Positions 51,434 through 62,129 are shown, counted from the first letter of the stretch. The stretch is 64,000 nucleotides of DNA from Smithellaceae bacterium (GCA_963667845.2 CAXXVL010000002.1:352001-416000); one strand, 5' to 3'. The notes: generated from the letters alone by a model not told the origin. Translations and numbers: made by a program.

Positions 51434-53580
51434 TTTGTGGTTATCACCCACACCCCCTGCCAGTTCTCAGGCGGGTGGGCGATGAGGTCGTCGCACTTTG
51501 CCACATAGGCGCGGGCCACAGGATCGTCGTCTGCGAGTGCGGAAAAACCTTTTTTCGCCCCAGGAAACTCACCTCGATAAAACAAGGCGAGCGCTTCGGC
51601 GAAGCTGTCCATGATCCTCTGCTTCCGCTCGTCGATACCACCGGGCAGCATCGGTTCATAAACGACAACCGGTTCGCGCCGTCCCACAACGGCAACCCGG
51701 GAAACTTCTCGCACAGGAAACGCGTCCCCCATTTGTTCCCTCGTGGATTGTGAAATGAGGCTGTATGTGCCGAACTGCTTGTTGATGCCTTCCAGCCGCG
51801 CCGCCAGGTTCACCGCGTCTCCGATCATCGTGTAGTCGAACCGGGAATGCGACCCCATGTTGCCGACGACGGCGAAACCCGTATTCACGCCGATACGCAT
51901 TTTCAAATCCTTCCTAAGCTTCTCTCTCAGTGGCGGACGCATATCGGCGAGTTTTGCCTGGCACCGCAGCAGGGCTCTCACACAGCGCGCTGCGTGATCC
52001 GGCTGCTCAATCGGCGCGTTCCAGAAAGCGATGATTGCATCCCCCTCATACTTGTCCACCGTGCCGCCCTCTTCGTGAATGATGTCGGTCATGGCGGTCA
52101 GATACACATTGAGAAGATGGGTAAGCGCCTCGGGGTCCAGTCCTTCGGAGATCCCGGTAAAGCCTTCCAGGTCGGAAAAGAAGATCGAGAGCATCTTTCT
52201 TTCACCGCCCAGCTTCAGACGGTCGGGATGGGCAATGATCTGTTCAATCACATCCGGGCTCAAATACTGTTTGAACGCATTTTTAATAAACACCTTCTGG
52301 CGCCCCTCGGTCGTGTAATAAATAAGCCCCGAAGTGAAAAGCGTCACGACCACCCCCACCTCCTGCATCACTAACGGCAGCCAGAAGCCCCACCGATATG
52401 CGACCAGAGAAAGCACAAGCGGCGCACAAATGAAAAACACATAAACCAGAACGCTTCTGAGAATACCCGATGCCCGGGACGTTGCCATGCCGGCGAGAAG
52501 AACAATGACGAGTGCAATCAGGATAGCAGGAATCCGGGGAACGGGCCGGATAAAGTCGTCGGCCAGCAGGTTATCGAGCATCGTGGCGGAAATCTCCACT
52601 CCGGGATAAACGCCGGAAACCGGTGTGGGCCTGAGGTCATAAAGGCCCGGCGCGGAAAACCCGAAGAGCACGTAAGCATTCTTGAAATCATTTACGGAAA
52701 CGGAGGGCGCCTCTCCGTTCTGAAGACGGAGTTCACTTTGAATGATTGACGCGGCGCTATAGGCCTGGTGTGTCCCCGACGGACCCCGGAAATTAAGGAT
52801 GGCACGGCCTGCGGCATCGATCGGGACGGTTCGATCCCCCGCCAAGAAGCGTTCCGGAGTTATTCTTAAAGGCGCAGCCGGCGCCGCGGCCAGGTAACTG
52901 GCGAGCGCCAGCGACGGCAGGACTTTGCCGTCAAACACTTCAAAAAGCGCCGTCCGGCGATAAACGCTGTCCGCGTCGGGATTCAGATGGACATTGGCTA
53001 AAACGCGCGAAGCGGCGGCAATTTCTGCTACGGGAAAAGAGGCCCGGGGAAAAACATCATGCCCCGAATCGGCAAGCCATGGTTGCAGTCCGTTGATACT
53101 CCATGTAGGCACTGGCGCAAAGGACGGCCACTGCTTTTCGCTTCCCTCCTTTTGGCTGAGAAATACGGCCCCGATAAAATACGGGAACCGGCGGATTTCG
53201 GCGGCAAGAGCCTGATCGTCCGCCACACCGTATTTCGACGGCTCCGTAAAAAGCACGTCAAAGGCCAGCGACCTGGCACCGGCGCGTCTGCAGAACTGAA
53301 TAATCGGAGTGTAGACTTCACGCGGCCAGGGCCAGGACAGTCCGTTTTCCGTCCTCGCCCAGTCCAGACTGTTCTGGTCCAGAAGGATCAAGCGGATTTT
53401 TGGCGTCTCGGCAGACGGCTTGGCCAGGAGATTGACCCGCCAATCCCAGGTTTTCGCCTCCCAGCGTTCCAGGAAGCCAGGCCCGAATAAAATGGACGAG
53501 ACTAAAATACCGACGACACCGGCCATCAGGCCCTGTATCAATTTCGCCCTTTTACCCCGGAATAATTTCATCAGGTCCAT
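51430..53580 (-). CDS. CHASE2-domain class III adenylate cyclase
   Basis: WPWPR, DVLF and PGVEI (CHASE2), three TM helices, FSDLEGFT, DKYEGDA, GDAVNLAARLE. Confidence 0.92.
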   Translation of the reverse strand: MDLMKLFRGKRAKLIQGLMAGVVGILVSSILFGPGFLERWEAKTWDWRVNLLAKPSAETPKIRLILLDQNSLDWARTENGLSWPWPREVYTPIIQFCRRAGARSLAFDVLFTEPSKYGVADDQALAAEIRRFPYFIGAVFLSQKEGSEKQWPSFAPVPTWSINGLQPWLADSGHDVFPRASFPVAEIAAASRVLANVHLNPDADSVYRRTALFEVFDGKVLPSLALASYLAAAPAAPLRITPERFLAGDRTVPIDAAGRAILNFRGPSGTHQAYSAASIIQSELRLQNGEAPSVSVNDFKNAYVLFGFSAPGLYDLRPTPVSGVYPGVEISATMLDNLLADDFIRPVPRIPAILIALVIVLLAGMATSRASGILRSVLVYVFFICAPLVLSLVAYRWGFWLPLVMQEVGVVVTLFTSGLIYYTTEGRQKVFIKNAFKQYLSPDVIEQIIAHPDRLKLGGERKMLSIFFSDLEGFTGISEGLDPEALTHLLNVYLTAMTDIIHEEGGTVDKYEGDAIIAFWNAPIEQPDHAARCVRALLRCQAKLADMRPPLREKLRKDLKMRIGVNTGFAVVGNMGSHSRFDYTMIGDAVNLAARLEGINKQFGTYSLISQSTREQMGDAFPVREVSRVAVVGRREPVVVYEPMLPGGIDERKQRIMDSFAEALALFYRGEFPGAKKGFSALADDDPVARAYVAKCDDLIAHPPENWQGVWVITTK

Positions 53581-53683
53581 ATTCTCGCCTCCCAACCGGA
53601 GAAATGAAACTGAGCCGGCTGTCACGAGCCCTTTCAACCACCCGATTGTAACCTTTAGGTTATGCAGGCGGGGTGACTGTCCG

Positions 53684-54601
53684 CTATAATAGATGGCCCA
53701 CGGCCTTCACAAATCTTTCCTTGCGGATGGCCGGCGGCTCGACTCCAACCTGTGATACTCCTTTGTCCCGGAGCTCGGCTATGCGGCTTTGCGGCGAGGG
53801 ATGCGTTTTGGCAAAATCGCTGCCGCCCGGTTTCATCTGTTTAGCCATGACGTTCAGCATGTCGATGAGTGCGCCGGGATTGTATCCCAGCCGCTTCAGG
53901 ATGGCTGCCGACGCCGCGTCAGCCTGGTATTCATACGACCGTGAATAGCCGTTCGTGATCATCGTGTTGGTAATGTCGGATATCACGCCCCCGAACGCCT
54001 GGGTCAGCTGCGCCACCTCCCGCGACCCCAATGATTTTGCGCTCTCCTGAGCCAAGACGGACAGCGCCTCCGTCATGCGCGCTTTTTCGATCGCCTTCAT
54101 GCCGTGCCGCAGCTGAATGTGGCCGATCTCGTGCGCAAGAACGGCCGCCAGAGCGTCTTCCGTGCGGCAGCAGCGAATCAGCCCGCGGGTGATAAAGACA
54201 TGGCCGCCGGGTGTGGCAAAGGCATTGATATCGTCGGAATCCAGAACGAGAAAGTGATACCCGGCGAACAGCTCCGGCATATCCGAGACTTTCGCGAGCG
54301 TCTGACCCAGCACATTAAGGTAGGCGTCGGCCTTGCCATCGGAGGCGGCCGGATATTTAGCGAGCACCACCGCGCCGACGGTCCGACCGATATAGTATTC
54401 CTGCTGGGGCGTAAAATCTTCCAGGCTTTTCGAGACCGCCGCCGTGCTCTTGCGGATGGATTGCCCCTGTTCTTTGCTGATCGTTCCCGTGGCGACTCCG
54501 ACCGAGGTGGCCACGGTTGTCGCCGTTTCCACAGCGGCGCAGCCGATCAATGACATCACGGCGAGCCCAGAGATCATCGTTCGGAAAAAGAGTCTGTTCA
54601 T
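53684..54601 (-). CDS. M48 family metallopeptidase lipoprotein
   Basis: Lipobox LIGC, INAFATPGG, LAHEIGH, EYQAD, THPSPQSR. Confidence 0.9.
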   Translation of the reverse strand: MNRLFFRTMISGLAVMSLIGCAAVETATTVATSVGVATGTISKEQGQSIRKSTAAVSKSLEDFTPQQEYYIGRTVGAVVLAKYPAASDGKADAYLNVLGQTLAKVSDMPELFAGYHFLVLDSDDINAFATPGGHVFITRGLIRCCRTEDALAAVLAHEIGHIQLRHGMKAIEKARMTEALSVLAQESAKSLGSREVAQLTQAFGGVISDITNTMITNGYSRSYEYQADAASAAILKRLGYNPGALIDMLNVMAKQMKPGGSDFAKTHPSPQSRIAELRDKGVSQVGVEPPAIRKERFVKAVGHLL

Positions 54602-55101
54602 GGCCTCCCTCCTTCCGCACCGGTCGTCAGATAGCCCTTGGCGATAAAGTCCTCCATCTGCCCGGGAGATATCTTTATCGCTTCCATCTTGTTGATCCAG
54701 GCATAGTCCAGATTCTTATGGCTCTTCCGGTACTGGGATTCAACCTCTTCGCTGAATCCTTTTCCCGCGAGCGCAATTTCGTCGCGCGAAACGGACGACC
54801 CGACGTTTGCCTGCCCGGCCTTGAGTGCAATCTTGGAGCTGGTCAGGGCTGTGCCGTGCATCCATCCCTGAGCTCTTGTGCCGGCCGTCGCTACTTTTTT
54901 CCAGCCGCCCTGCTCCGCAAGCACCGTCACCTGGTCGCCGTAAGATACCCGGGCAACAATTTTTCCCAGATAGGACGGCGTTGCCCGCAGCTCGCCCTCC
55001 TTCACCTGAACACTCATAACTTTCTGTGCTTCAGCAATCGAGCCGAGAAACAGAAGGCTCAACAGCGCGAGGCACATGATTGCCGATCGGTAACGAAGCA
55101 T
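54598..55101 (-). CDS. Secreted SH3-domain protein
   Basis: Signal peptide, LRATPS...GWKKV...QGWMH; GGAGG RBS. Confidence 0.8.
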   Translation of the reverse strand: MLRYRSAIMCLALLSLLFLGSIAEAQKVMSVQVKEGELRATPSYLGKIVARVSYGDQVTVLAEQGGWKKVATAGTRAQGWMHGTALTSSKIALKAGQANVGSSVSRDEIALAGKGFSEEVESQYRKSHKNLDYAWINKMEAIKISPGQMEDFIAKGYLTTGAEGGRP

Positions 55102-55145
55102 ATCAACCTCCTTCTTCAAATCAATCTTCTCAATACTGAACTGAC

Positions 55146-57218
55146 CTAAAAACAGTTGTTGATTTTTCTTTGGCGAAGTTCCGCGAGCTTTCCCTTGTTC
55201 CAGCCGGAAATCTTGCTGTAATATTTTGTAAGCTGCGCGATGCCTTCCACATCGGACGAATCGCAATAGAGGCACCGGTCATTAATTCCGCGGGCTGTCT
55301 TTCCACAGGCCAGACAGGACGTGAACTCCGGTGTAAAGTCGATCCGGCGATTGGCCGTTTGATCAAACGTATAGCGCACAAAGCGGACAAGAGCATGAGC
55401 GCCGGGATTGGCGGCACCCAGTTGCAGGTGAGTGATAACGTCCCCCGCCAGGAAGCGATGGAATCTGCCCTCCTCAAGAACTCTCTCGGCGGGTGAAACA
55501 TCCGCCGCCGCATTGAGATGCGTAGAATTCGTATAATAGATGGAGCCTTCGGCGATATCGCCCTGGACGAAGCGTCCCGCAATCGGCGAGTAATACTTCA
55601 GATCCAGCCTCGCGAAGCGATAAGCCGTCGTCTCCGCCGGCGACTGTTCCAGAACGAACTTCATTCCGAGTTCAGAGCTTAAGCGCTCGGCTTCCCGCTC
55701 CAGAAAATCAACCACTTTGAGGCCAAAATCCATGGCGCAGGCGGACTCGTGCAATTCACTGCCCAAAAAGATCTGCGCGAGCTCCGCAAGGCCCACGAGA
55801 CCGATGATGTAATAAGCGCGGTTCATTCTCAAAAACGGATGACCATCGGTGTTCATCGCCAAAACGGCCAGCGGTCCCTGCTCCGCGTAAGACAGAAGTT
55901 TTTCCAGAAAGTCTTTTTTCTGGATATGGGCTTTGGCCGCCGTCGCCATCAGGTCTTTTAAACAGGCGAAAAGCGTCTCTTCGTTGCCCGCGGCTTTATA
56001 TCCCTGCCGGGGCAAATTCAACGTCACGCTTTGCACTGCCGCACTGCGGAGTAACCAGGGTTTGGCAAGCTCGTCTTTTGCAGAAGCGGCACTCGGAAAG
56101 AAAGGGTTGAAACATCCGCGAGCCGCTGCGTCGGTTCCCCGGTCGAAGACAAAGCAGGTATTTCCCTGGCAGCAGGCAACCTCACAGGCCAGACGAAGTA
56201 AATCATCCGCACCGGGCTCCTTCCAGAAGGCATCGTTCACATGCAGGAGCGGCCGGGGCAGAATAAACGGTTTGCCTGTCGCATCGCCTTTTTTGAAGAC
56301 TTCGAAGATCGCACGGGTGAAACGTTGCGCCTCGGGTACGTAGTCCCGGTACGTTTTTCCGGAGGAGGTGCCGGCAGGTCCGACAGCCGGCAGGTCCGCC
56401 CAGATTTCGGGCATGTCATAGTAGAGGTGAATGTCGGTATAGAGCGCCTGACCGCCGCGGGTGGCCGAAAGCTGAGAAAACTCATAAACCAGCATCTGAG
56501 CAAACTGGCGGATTTCTTTGTCCGTCTTACCGGTCAGATAAGGAGCAAAGGAAATGTTGAGGGCATCCCAGCTTACCGTGCCGGTAAAATGCCCCTGCAG
56601 GATGGCGCTGAAACGCACCATATGCGCGAGCAGAACTTCCGCGTGCTTGGCGGGTTTGGCGGAATTAATGGCGTGCGGCAGCTTTAATCCGAAAAGCTTC
56701 AGATATTCGAGCGACTGGCAGCAGCTGTAAGGACGGTCAATGTAGCCCAAACCGTGAATATGCAGATCGCCCACCTTGTGCGCTTCGCCCACGTCCATCG
56801 AGAAAACATCGTAGAGTGAAAATTCCCTTTTAATGCCTTCCGCAAACAGCAGATTCGTGCCCTCCGGGGAATGGGGCGTGTTGGCGTTTTCCTTGTTCTG
56901 ATGCAGGATAAGTTCGCGCACGTCATAGAGGGGAAATCCCAGGCGGCCGTGAAGGCGCCTTTCTTTTTCCAGCCCCCGTTCGATTAGCTTGGCATTCACC
57001 AGTTCCCGCACGAGGGACGTCGTCAAAAGGCCGATGCCCGAGGCAACAATTTGTTTTTCCACGTCTCTGGAAATTTCCGCCGCCAGGAGATAATCAATGT
57101 CTGCTTCGCGCAGAAGCGCATCTACAATGCGCTGGCGGTTCCAGGGCGCAATTTCTTCTCCGGACGTCCGGATAAATAACGTCAAATCTGTCGTTTCGGA
57201 TGGGTCAGTCATATTCAC
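55146..57218 (-). CDS. nrdD: Class III (anaerobic) ribonucleotide reductase homolog lacking the glycyl-radical glycine
   Basis: ATP-cone, GDLHIH, TLNLPR, IGLVGL, EQSPAETTAYRFARLD, YYTNS and a Zn site (CLAC/CLYC). The C-terminal loop reads QLTKYYSKISGWNKGK. Confidence 0.85.
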   Translation of the reverse strand: MNMTDPSETTDLTLFIRTSGEEIAPWNRQRIVDALLREADIDYLLAAEISRDVEKQIVASGIGLLTTSLVRELVNAKLIERGLEKERRLHGRLGFPLYDVRELILHQNKENANTPHSPEGTNLLFAEGIKREFSLYDVFSMDVGEAHKVGDLHIHGLGYIDRPYSCCQSLEYLKLFGLKLPHAINSAKPAKHAEVLLAHMVRFSAILQGHFTGTVSWDALNISFAPYLTGKTDKEIRQFAQMLVYEFSQLSATRGGQALYTDIHLYYDMPEIWADLPAVGPAGTSSGKTYRDYVPEAQRFTRAIFEVFKKGDATGKPFILPRPLLHVNDAFWKEPGADDLLRLACEVACCQGNTCFVFDRGTDAAARGCFNPFFPSAASAKDELAKPWLLRSAAVQSVTLNLPRQGYKAAGNEETLFACLKDLMATAAKAHIQKKDFLEKLLSYAEQGPLAVLAMNTDGHPFLRMNRAYYIIGLVGLAELAQIFLGSELHESACAMDFGLKVVDFLEREAERLSSELGMKFVLEQSPAETTAYRFARLDLKYYSPIAGRFVQGDIAEGSIYYTNSTHLNAAADVSPAERVLEEGRFHRFLAGDVITHLQLGAANPGAHALVRFVRYTFDQTANRRIDFTPEFTSCLACGKTARGINDRCLYCDSSDVEGIAQLTKYYSKISGWNKGKLAELRQRKINNCF

Positions 57219-58633
57219 ACGTTCGTCGGAATGGATTTTTCGATATTGCCCAGGGCCGCTTCCGCAGCCTTTGCCAGCTCTTCATCATGATCATGATTAA
57301 GAGCAAACACGCGGAAGTGCCGGACCCGTGCCGGAATAAAACGATAAATTTCGTTTAAGGGCTCGGGGGACGTTTGTCCGGTTAACGGATTAAAGATGTT
57401 GATCTGCTTGCCGGGCTCCGCGATCGGGTTCAGGGGACGGGGGTCCTGCGTAGCCACATCGACACGGAATGCCAGACGCCGCAGTCTGACGGGCAGATGC
57501 TCCCTGATTTTGGTTTCATAATTTCCGGCGCCGGCAAATACCGTACCGCGTTGAATCTGGTCGATAGAGATTTCGGCGGCAAAAGCCATTTTCCATTTCA
57601 GTTTACGCGCGTGAATTTTTTGCCACTCGAGGGCCAGTTTGCGCTTCCGGCCGTCCTTTGCCGAAAGCCAGCTCCGGACGGAGCTGAAGAGCGACCACTC
57701 GTCGCATTCGAGGTAAAGATCGAGATTCTTAACCGGACTTACCGGATAAATAACCCGCAGGGTGTCGGAGAATATTTCCCGTAAATGCAGATCCAGCGCG
57801 CGTGTTGTGCGGTGGAAATAAACATTGCTGTATAAATTGAGCCGGGCGTTAAGAAAACGCCTGAGCGCCGAAATGCCGGACTGGTGCAGGGCCAGGCCGT
57901 CTTTTGTAAAAAATGTATAGTAGCGCAGGCGCGGCATATCGACCATATCCAGAGAAAAACCCGTCATATAAGCGTCGCGCTGAACATAGTCGAGATTGTC
58001 GACCGTGTAAATGCCCGAGAACAATTGACGGAGCCACTGCAGCCAGCGCGGCGGTTTCGTCTCCTCGCGCCCGGCGGGTTGTTTGATGAGATAAGCAACC
58101 TGCCGCGGATCCAAATGCTCCCCGCGGGCAAAAGCCCCGGACGGACCGCGGTTAATGCGGGAAATCAAAGCGCCCATTTTTTTGACAATGATCAGCCGGC
58201 CGACATCTTCATGGGTCATCCCCCAGTCCGCCAGATAATGTTCATCAAAAAAATGGCCGAAAGGGCCATGGCCGACGTCATGCAGGAGTCCGGCCAGCCG
58301 CAGCAATTCTTCGACATAATTCAGCGACGGTGTGTCCGGACAAATATCTTTGAGGCTGGGATACAGATGACGGGCAAACTCTCCGGCAACATGCATCGTT
58401 CCCAGTGAATGCTGAAAACGGGTATGTTCGGCCGCCGGATAAACCCACCTCGCGCTCTGCAGCTGATAAATGCGGCGCAAACGCTGCATCCAGGGAGAAT
58501 CGATAATGTCCTTTTCCGTCTTTTCCGCAGGGTCATCTTCCCGCGGCACGGTAAAGAAGGCATACGAGTGAATCGGATCGGCAATCAGGGCCATCCCGGC
58601 ATAAGCACTGGATGAAAAACTTTTCTCTTTCAT
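57215..58633 (-). CDS. HD-domain phosphohydrolase, SAMHD1/dNTP triphosphohydrolase-like
   Basis: QRLRRIYQL, HTRFQHSLG, LLHDVGHGPFGH, DNLDYVQRD, VYFHRT. Confidence 0.88.
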   Translation of the reverse strand: MKEKSFSSSAYAGMALIADPIHSYAFFTVPREDDPAEKTEKDIIDSPWMQRLRRIYQLQSARWVYPAAEHTRFQHSLGTMHVAGEFARHLYPSLKDICPDTPSLNYVEELLRLAGLLHDVGHGPFGHFFDEHYLADWGMTHEDVGRLIIVKKMGALISRINRGPSGAFARGEHLDPRQVAYLIKQPAGREETKPPRWLQWLRQLFSGIYTVDNLDYVQRDAYMTGFSLDMVDMPRLRYYTFFTKDGLALHQSGISALRRFLNARLNLYSNVYFHRTTRALDLHLREIFSDTLRVIYPVSPVKNLDLYLECDEWSLFSSVRSWLSAKDGRKRKLALEWQKIHARKLKWKMAFAAEISIDQIQRGTVFAGAGNYETKIREHLPVRLRRLAFRVDVATQDPRPLNPIAEPGKQINIFNPLTGQTSPEPLNEIYRFIPARVRHFRVFALNHDHDEELAKAAEAALGNIEKSIPTNV

Positions 58634-59002
58634 AGCAAATGTTTACAATATTATATTCAAAAGATCAAATTTAATCCCGCTGACGCGGGACGAGCCTTAA
58701 TTCTCCACAGCTTGCTCAGAAATAATGACGTCCATTTCATCCTCGACACTTGCCGCCAGGTGGTTGATTGATGCCTCAAGGACCCTTTTGATCAGACGAC
58801 CGCGAAGAAGACATCACGCCAGAGATATTTTTTAGATCAGCCTGCTTCCGGGCATTGCAGGCATCGCGGTTTGCCTGAGGCCTTACCTCGGCAACATTCT
58901 GAGTCGAAAAAATCTGCGATAAACACTTTGACAGATTCCTTCAATGTGGTAACCACATGTCCATCTGGTTTTCAGATGATATCAATTTGGGAGAACACCT
59001 GC

Positions 59003-61087
59003 ATGAAAAACTTCTTTGCACCCGAGTCCGTTGCCGTCATCGGCGCAAGCCCGCGCGAAGGCAACCTGGGATTTCAGATCATCACCAACCTGCGTTATGG
59101 CTTCACGGGCCGTATTTACGCCGTGAACCCCAATTACCCGGACATCATGTCCCTGCCCTGCTATCCGACGGTTACGGCTATCCCCGATTCCGTCGATCTC
59201 GCAATCATCATCGTTCCCGCCCCGGCCGTGCCTGCAGCGCTCGCCTCCTGCGGACGCAAGGGGATCCGCTGTGTTATCATCGAAAGCGCCGGTTTTGCCG
59301 AAACCGGCGAAGAGGGCCGCCTGCTTCAGGAGCGCTGCCTCGCGATTGCGCGTGAGGCCGGCATCCGCGTCTGGGGACCCAACTGCATGGGAATGGTCGA
59401 TGTCCCGAAAAAATTCTTTTTTACTTTCATGCACCCGAATATTTACCAGGACGGACTGGTTGAGGGCCGCATTTCCATGGTCGTGCAAAGCGGCATGCTG
59501 TCCGCGGGATTTCTGGTCGACCTGATGAGCGAGCGCGCCGTGGGGATCGCGAAAGCCTGTTCCATCGGAAACAAAATGGACATCGATGAATGCGATGTTC
59601 TGGAATATCTTCTTGGCGACGATGAAACAGACGCTGTCGCCCTCTACCTCGAATCAATTGTCCGCGGGCGGCGGTTTCTGGAACTGGCCGAACGTGCCGT
59701 AAAACCGATTGTCCTGCTCAAGGGCGGGAAAAGCGCGGCGGGAGCAAAAGCCGCCCTGTCGCACACTTCCAGTCTGGCCGGCAACGCCCGCCTGCAGGAC
59801 TCCCTGATGTCCCTGGCCGGCGTAACCATTGCGCGTGATTTTCAGCAGATGATGGAGGTCGCCCGGGCGCTCGCCATGATCGGGCAGACCCCTGCCAACT
59901 GCCGCACGGCCATTATGACCTTCAGCGGCGGCGCCGGAATTCTGTCCTGCGATTTGCTTGAACAGCAGGGGCTGCGCGTCGCGGAACTTTCTCCTTCCAC
60001 AAAGCGGGACCTCGCTTCCGTCTTCCCGGACTGGCTTCCGGCGTCCAATCCGGTGGACATGTTCCCCGCCTTCGCCCTCAAAGGCCCGATGGCCGCTTAT
60101 GACAGTGCATTCAATGCCGTGGTCAAAGACCCGAAAGTGGATGTCATCTTCCTGCATTTCTTTGTCGGCCTCTACCCCAACTACGACCGGTTGAAGCGCT
60201 TCAAGGAAGCCGCGGACCGCGAGAAGAAGGTTTTGATCCTCTGGGTGATCGGCCGGCGCGACGCGCTCAGAACCTTCAAACGTGAGGCGCAGGATGCTTC
60301 CATTCCGGTGCACGGGGAACTGTTTCGCGCGGTCGAATGCCTGGCGTGCGCGTCCCGCTATGCGCCCCGCAAAAAAGCGGCAACCCTGATCCACCGCGCA
60401 GCGCCCAAACTATTGCCCAAAGCCGCCGCGATTTTGTCCGCCTGCCCCGAACGCATCTGGGACGAATTCGCGAGCAAAAGGCTGCTCAAAACCTATGGCA
60501 TACCGGTGGTGGAAGAAAAGATCGTGGAATCAGCCGCCGCTGCGCAGAGCTTCGCACGCAAAACGGGATTCCCCGTCGTCCTCAAGGGACTCGTCCCCGG
60601 ACAGGTCCATAAAACGGAATCCGGTCTGGTCTGCCTGGGCATCACATCGGCCGCTGTCCTCCGCAAGACGTATGCCGATCTCGTCAAGCGATTGAAAGGC
60701 CGGGGGAAGATTCTGCTGCAGCGGCAACTGCCCGTCGAATACGAATTAATTGTCGGCATGCTGCGGGACCGGCAATTCGGTGCCTGCGTGATGTTTGGTC
60801 TGGGCGGCATCTTTTCCGAACTGCAAAAAGATGTCGTCTTCGCTCCTGCGCCGCTCTCGGCATCGACCGCCAGGGAACTGATCCAGCGCATTTCGGGCAA
60901 GAAACTTCTACAGGGCTTCCGCGGAAGAAAACCGCTCGACATGACACGGATGGCCGGCATCCTGGTGAATCTGGGAAATCTCGCCGCTGCCTCTCCGGAT
61001 ATCGAACAAATCGATATCAATCCGTTGGTGGTCGCCGAGGGAAAGCCTGTCGCCGTTGATGCGACCGTCATCAGGCGTCCGGGGTGA
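59003..61087 (+). CDS. Acetate--CoA ligase (ADP-forming) family protein
   Basis: SVAVIGAS, AGFAE, GPNCMG, QSG, SHTSSLAG, NPVD, and an ATP-grasp region (FPVVLKG, HKTE, DINPL). Confidence 0.92.
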   Translation: MKNFFAPESVAVIGASPREGNLGFQIITNLRYGFTGRIYAVNPNYPDIMSLPCYPTVTAIPDSVDLAIIIVPAPAVPAALASCGRKGIRCVIIESAGFAETGEEGRLLQERCLAIAREAGIRVWGPNCMGMVDVPKKFFFTFMHPNIYQDGLVEGRISMVVQSGMLSAGFLVDLMSERAVGIAKACSIGNKMDIDECDVLEYLLGDDETDAVALYLESIVRGRRFLELAERAVKPIVLLKGGKSAAGAKAALSHTSSLAGNARLQDSLMSLAGVTIARDFQQMMEVARALAMIGQTPANCRTAIMTFSGGAGILSCDLLEQQGLRVAELSPSTKRDLASVFPDWLPASNPVDMFPAFALKGPMAAYDSAFNAVVKDPKVDVIFLHFFVGLYPNYDRLKRFKEAADREKKVLILWVIGRRDALRTFKREAQDASIPVHGELFRAVECLACASRYAPRKKAATLIHRAAPKLLPKAAAILSACPERIWDEFASKRLLKTYGIPVVEEKIVESAAAAQSFARKTGFPVVLKGLVPGQVHKTESGLVCLGITSAAVLRKTYADLVKRLKGRGKILLQRQLPVEYELIVGMLRDRQFGACVMFGLGGIFSELQKDVVFAPAPLSASTARELIQRISGKKLLQGFRGRKPLDMTRMAGILVNLGNLAAASPDIEQIDINPLVVAEGKPVAVDATVIRRPG

Positions 61088-61238
61088 CGTGCGGGGGCCA
61101 TTCGCGCAGCAACAGGATAAATTCTCTTTGTGACGAATTCAGTTCAATTCCGAATCCGATTATGTTAGATGAACGGGACGGATGCCGATACCTCCGAAGT
61201 ATCGATCTCAATAAATTAAGAAAATAAAGGAGAATGTT

Positions 61239-62129
61239 ATGTTCCCAAAAATATCATCCATCGGATTTACCAGCAGTCTGCTTGTCGTCGCGGTTGCGTG
61301 TCTCGTGGCATTAACGGCCTCTTACGGCATCGCCGCTAAACCGGAGTCCGGAGATATCGTTGCCCGCTGGGGGAAAAAAGTCATCACCAAGCAGGATGTG
61401 GAGGCACGCATCAGCCAATATGCTCCGGAGCTGCAGGAAAAGCTGAAGGACCCCGCGCAGAGGCAGCAATATCTGGAGAGCCTCGTTCAGATTCAGATTG
61501 CCGGAGCGGAGGCTAAAGCGCAGAAACTTGATAAAAGAAAAAACGTCGCCCAGCGCATCGATGACGCGATAAATTCCATCCTGGTACAGGAGTATATCAA
61601 TGATATCGTCAAGAAACTGAAAAAACCCACGGACCAGGAAGCCGAAGCTTTTTTCACTGCGAATAGAAATGACTATACGACCCCGGCTTCGATCCGGGCG
61701 CAGCATATTCTCATTGCCTTAAAGCCCGATGCGAAGCCTGAAGACGTGACGGCGGCCGAGGCCAAGGCGAAGACGGTTTATGACGAACTGGCGGCGGGCG
61801 CGGATTTCGGCAAGCTCGCGGAAAAATACTCGGATGACTCCGAAAGCAAGGGCAAAGGCGGAGATCTGGGAACTTTTAATGCCGCTCAAATGCCGCCCGA
61901 ATTTTCCCAACCGGTACTCGCCATGAAAAAAGACGAACTGGGCCGCCCGTTTCGCACGCCGTTCGGCTTCCATATCGTCAAAGTCAATGATATCATTCCC
62001 GCCCGTCAAATGGAATTCAAAGAAGTAAAGGAAGACGTGCTGACGCGGCTGGACAATGAGAGCCGGGGAAAAGTCGTTTCCGAGGAGCTGGAGCGCCTCA
62101 AGAAGAAATACAAGGTGAAGATTTATTAA
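61239..62129 (+). CDS. PpiC-type peptidyl-prolyl cis-trans isomerase
   Basis: RAQHILI, FGKLAEKYSDD, GGDLG, TPFGFHIVK. Confidence 0.92.
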   Translation: MFPKISSIGFTSSLLVVAVACLVALTASYGIAAKPESGDIVARWGKKVITKQDVEARISQYAPELQEKLKDPAQRQQYLESLVQIQIAGAEAKAQKLDKRKNVAQRIDDAINSILVQEYINDIVKKLKKPTDQEAEAFFTANRNDYTTPASIRAQHILIALKPDAKPEDVTAAEAKAKTVYDELAAGADFGKLAEKYSDDSESKGKGGDLGTFNAAQMPPEFSQPVLAMKKDELGRPFRTPFGFHIVKVNDIIPARQMEFKEVKEDVLTRLDNESRGKVVSEELERLKKKYKVKIY

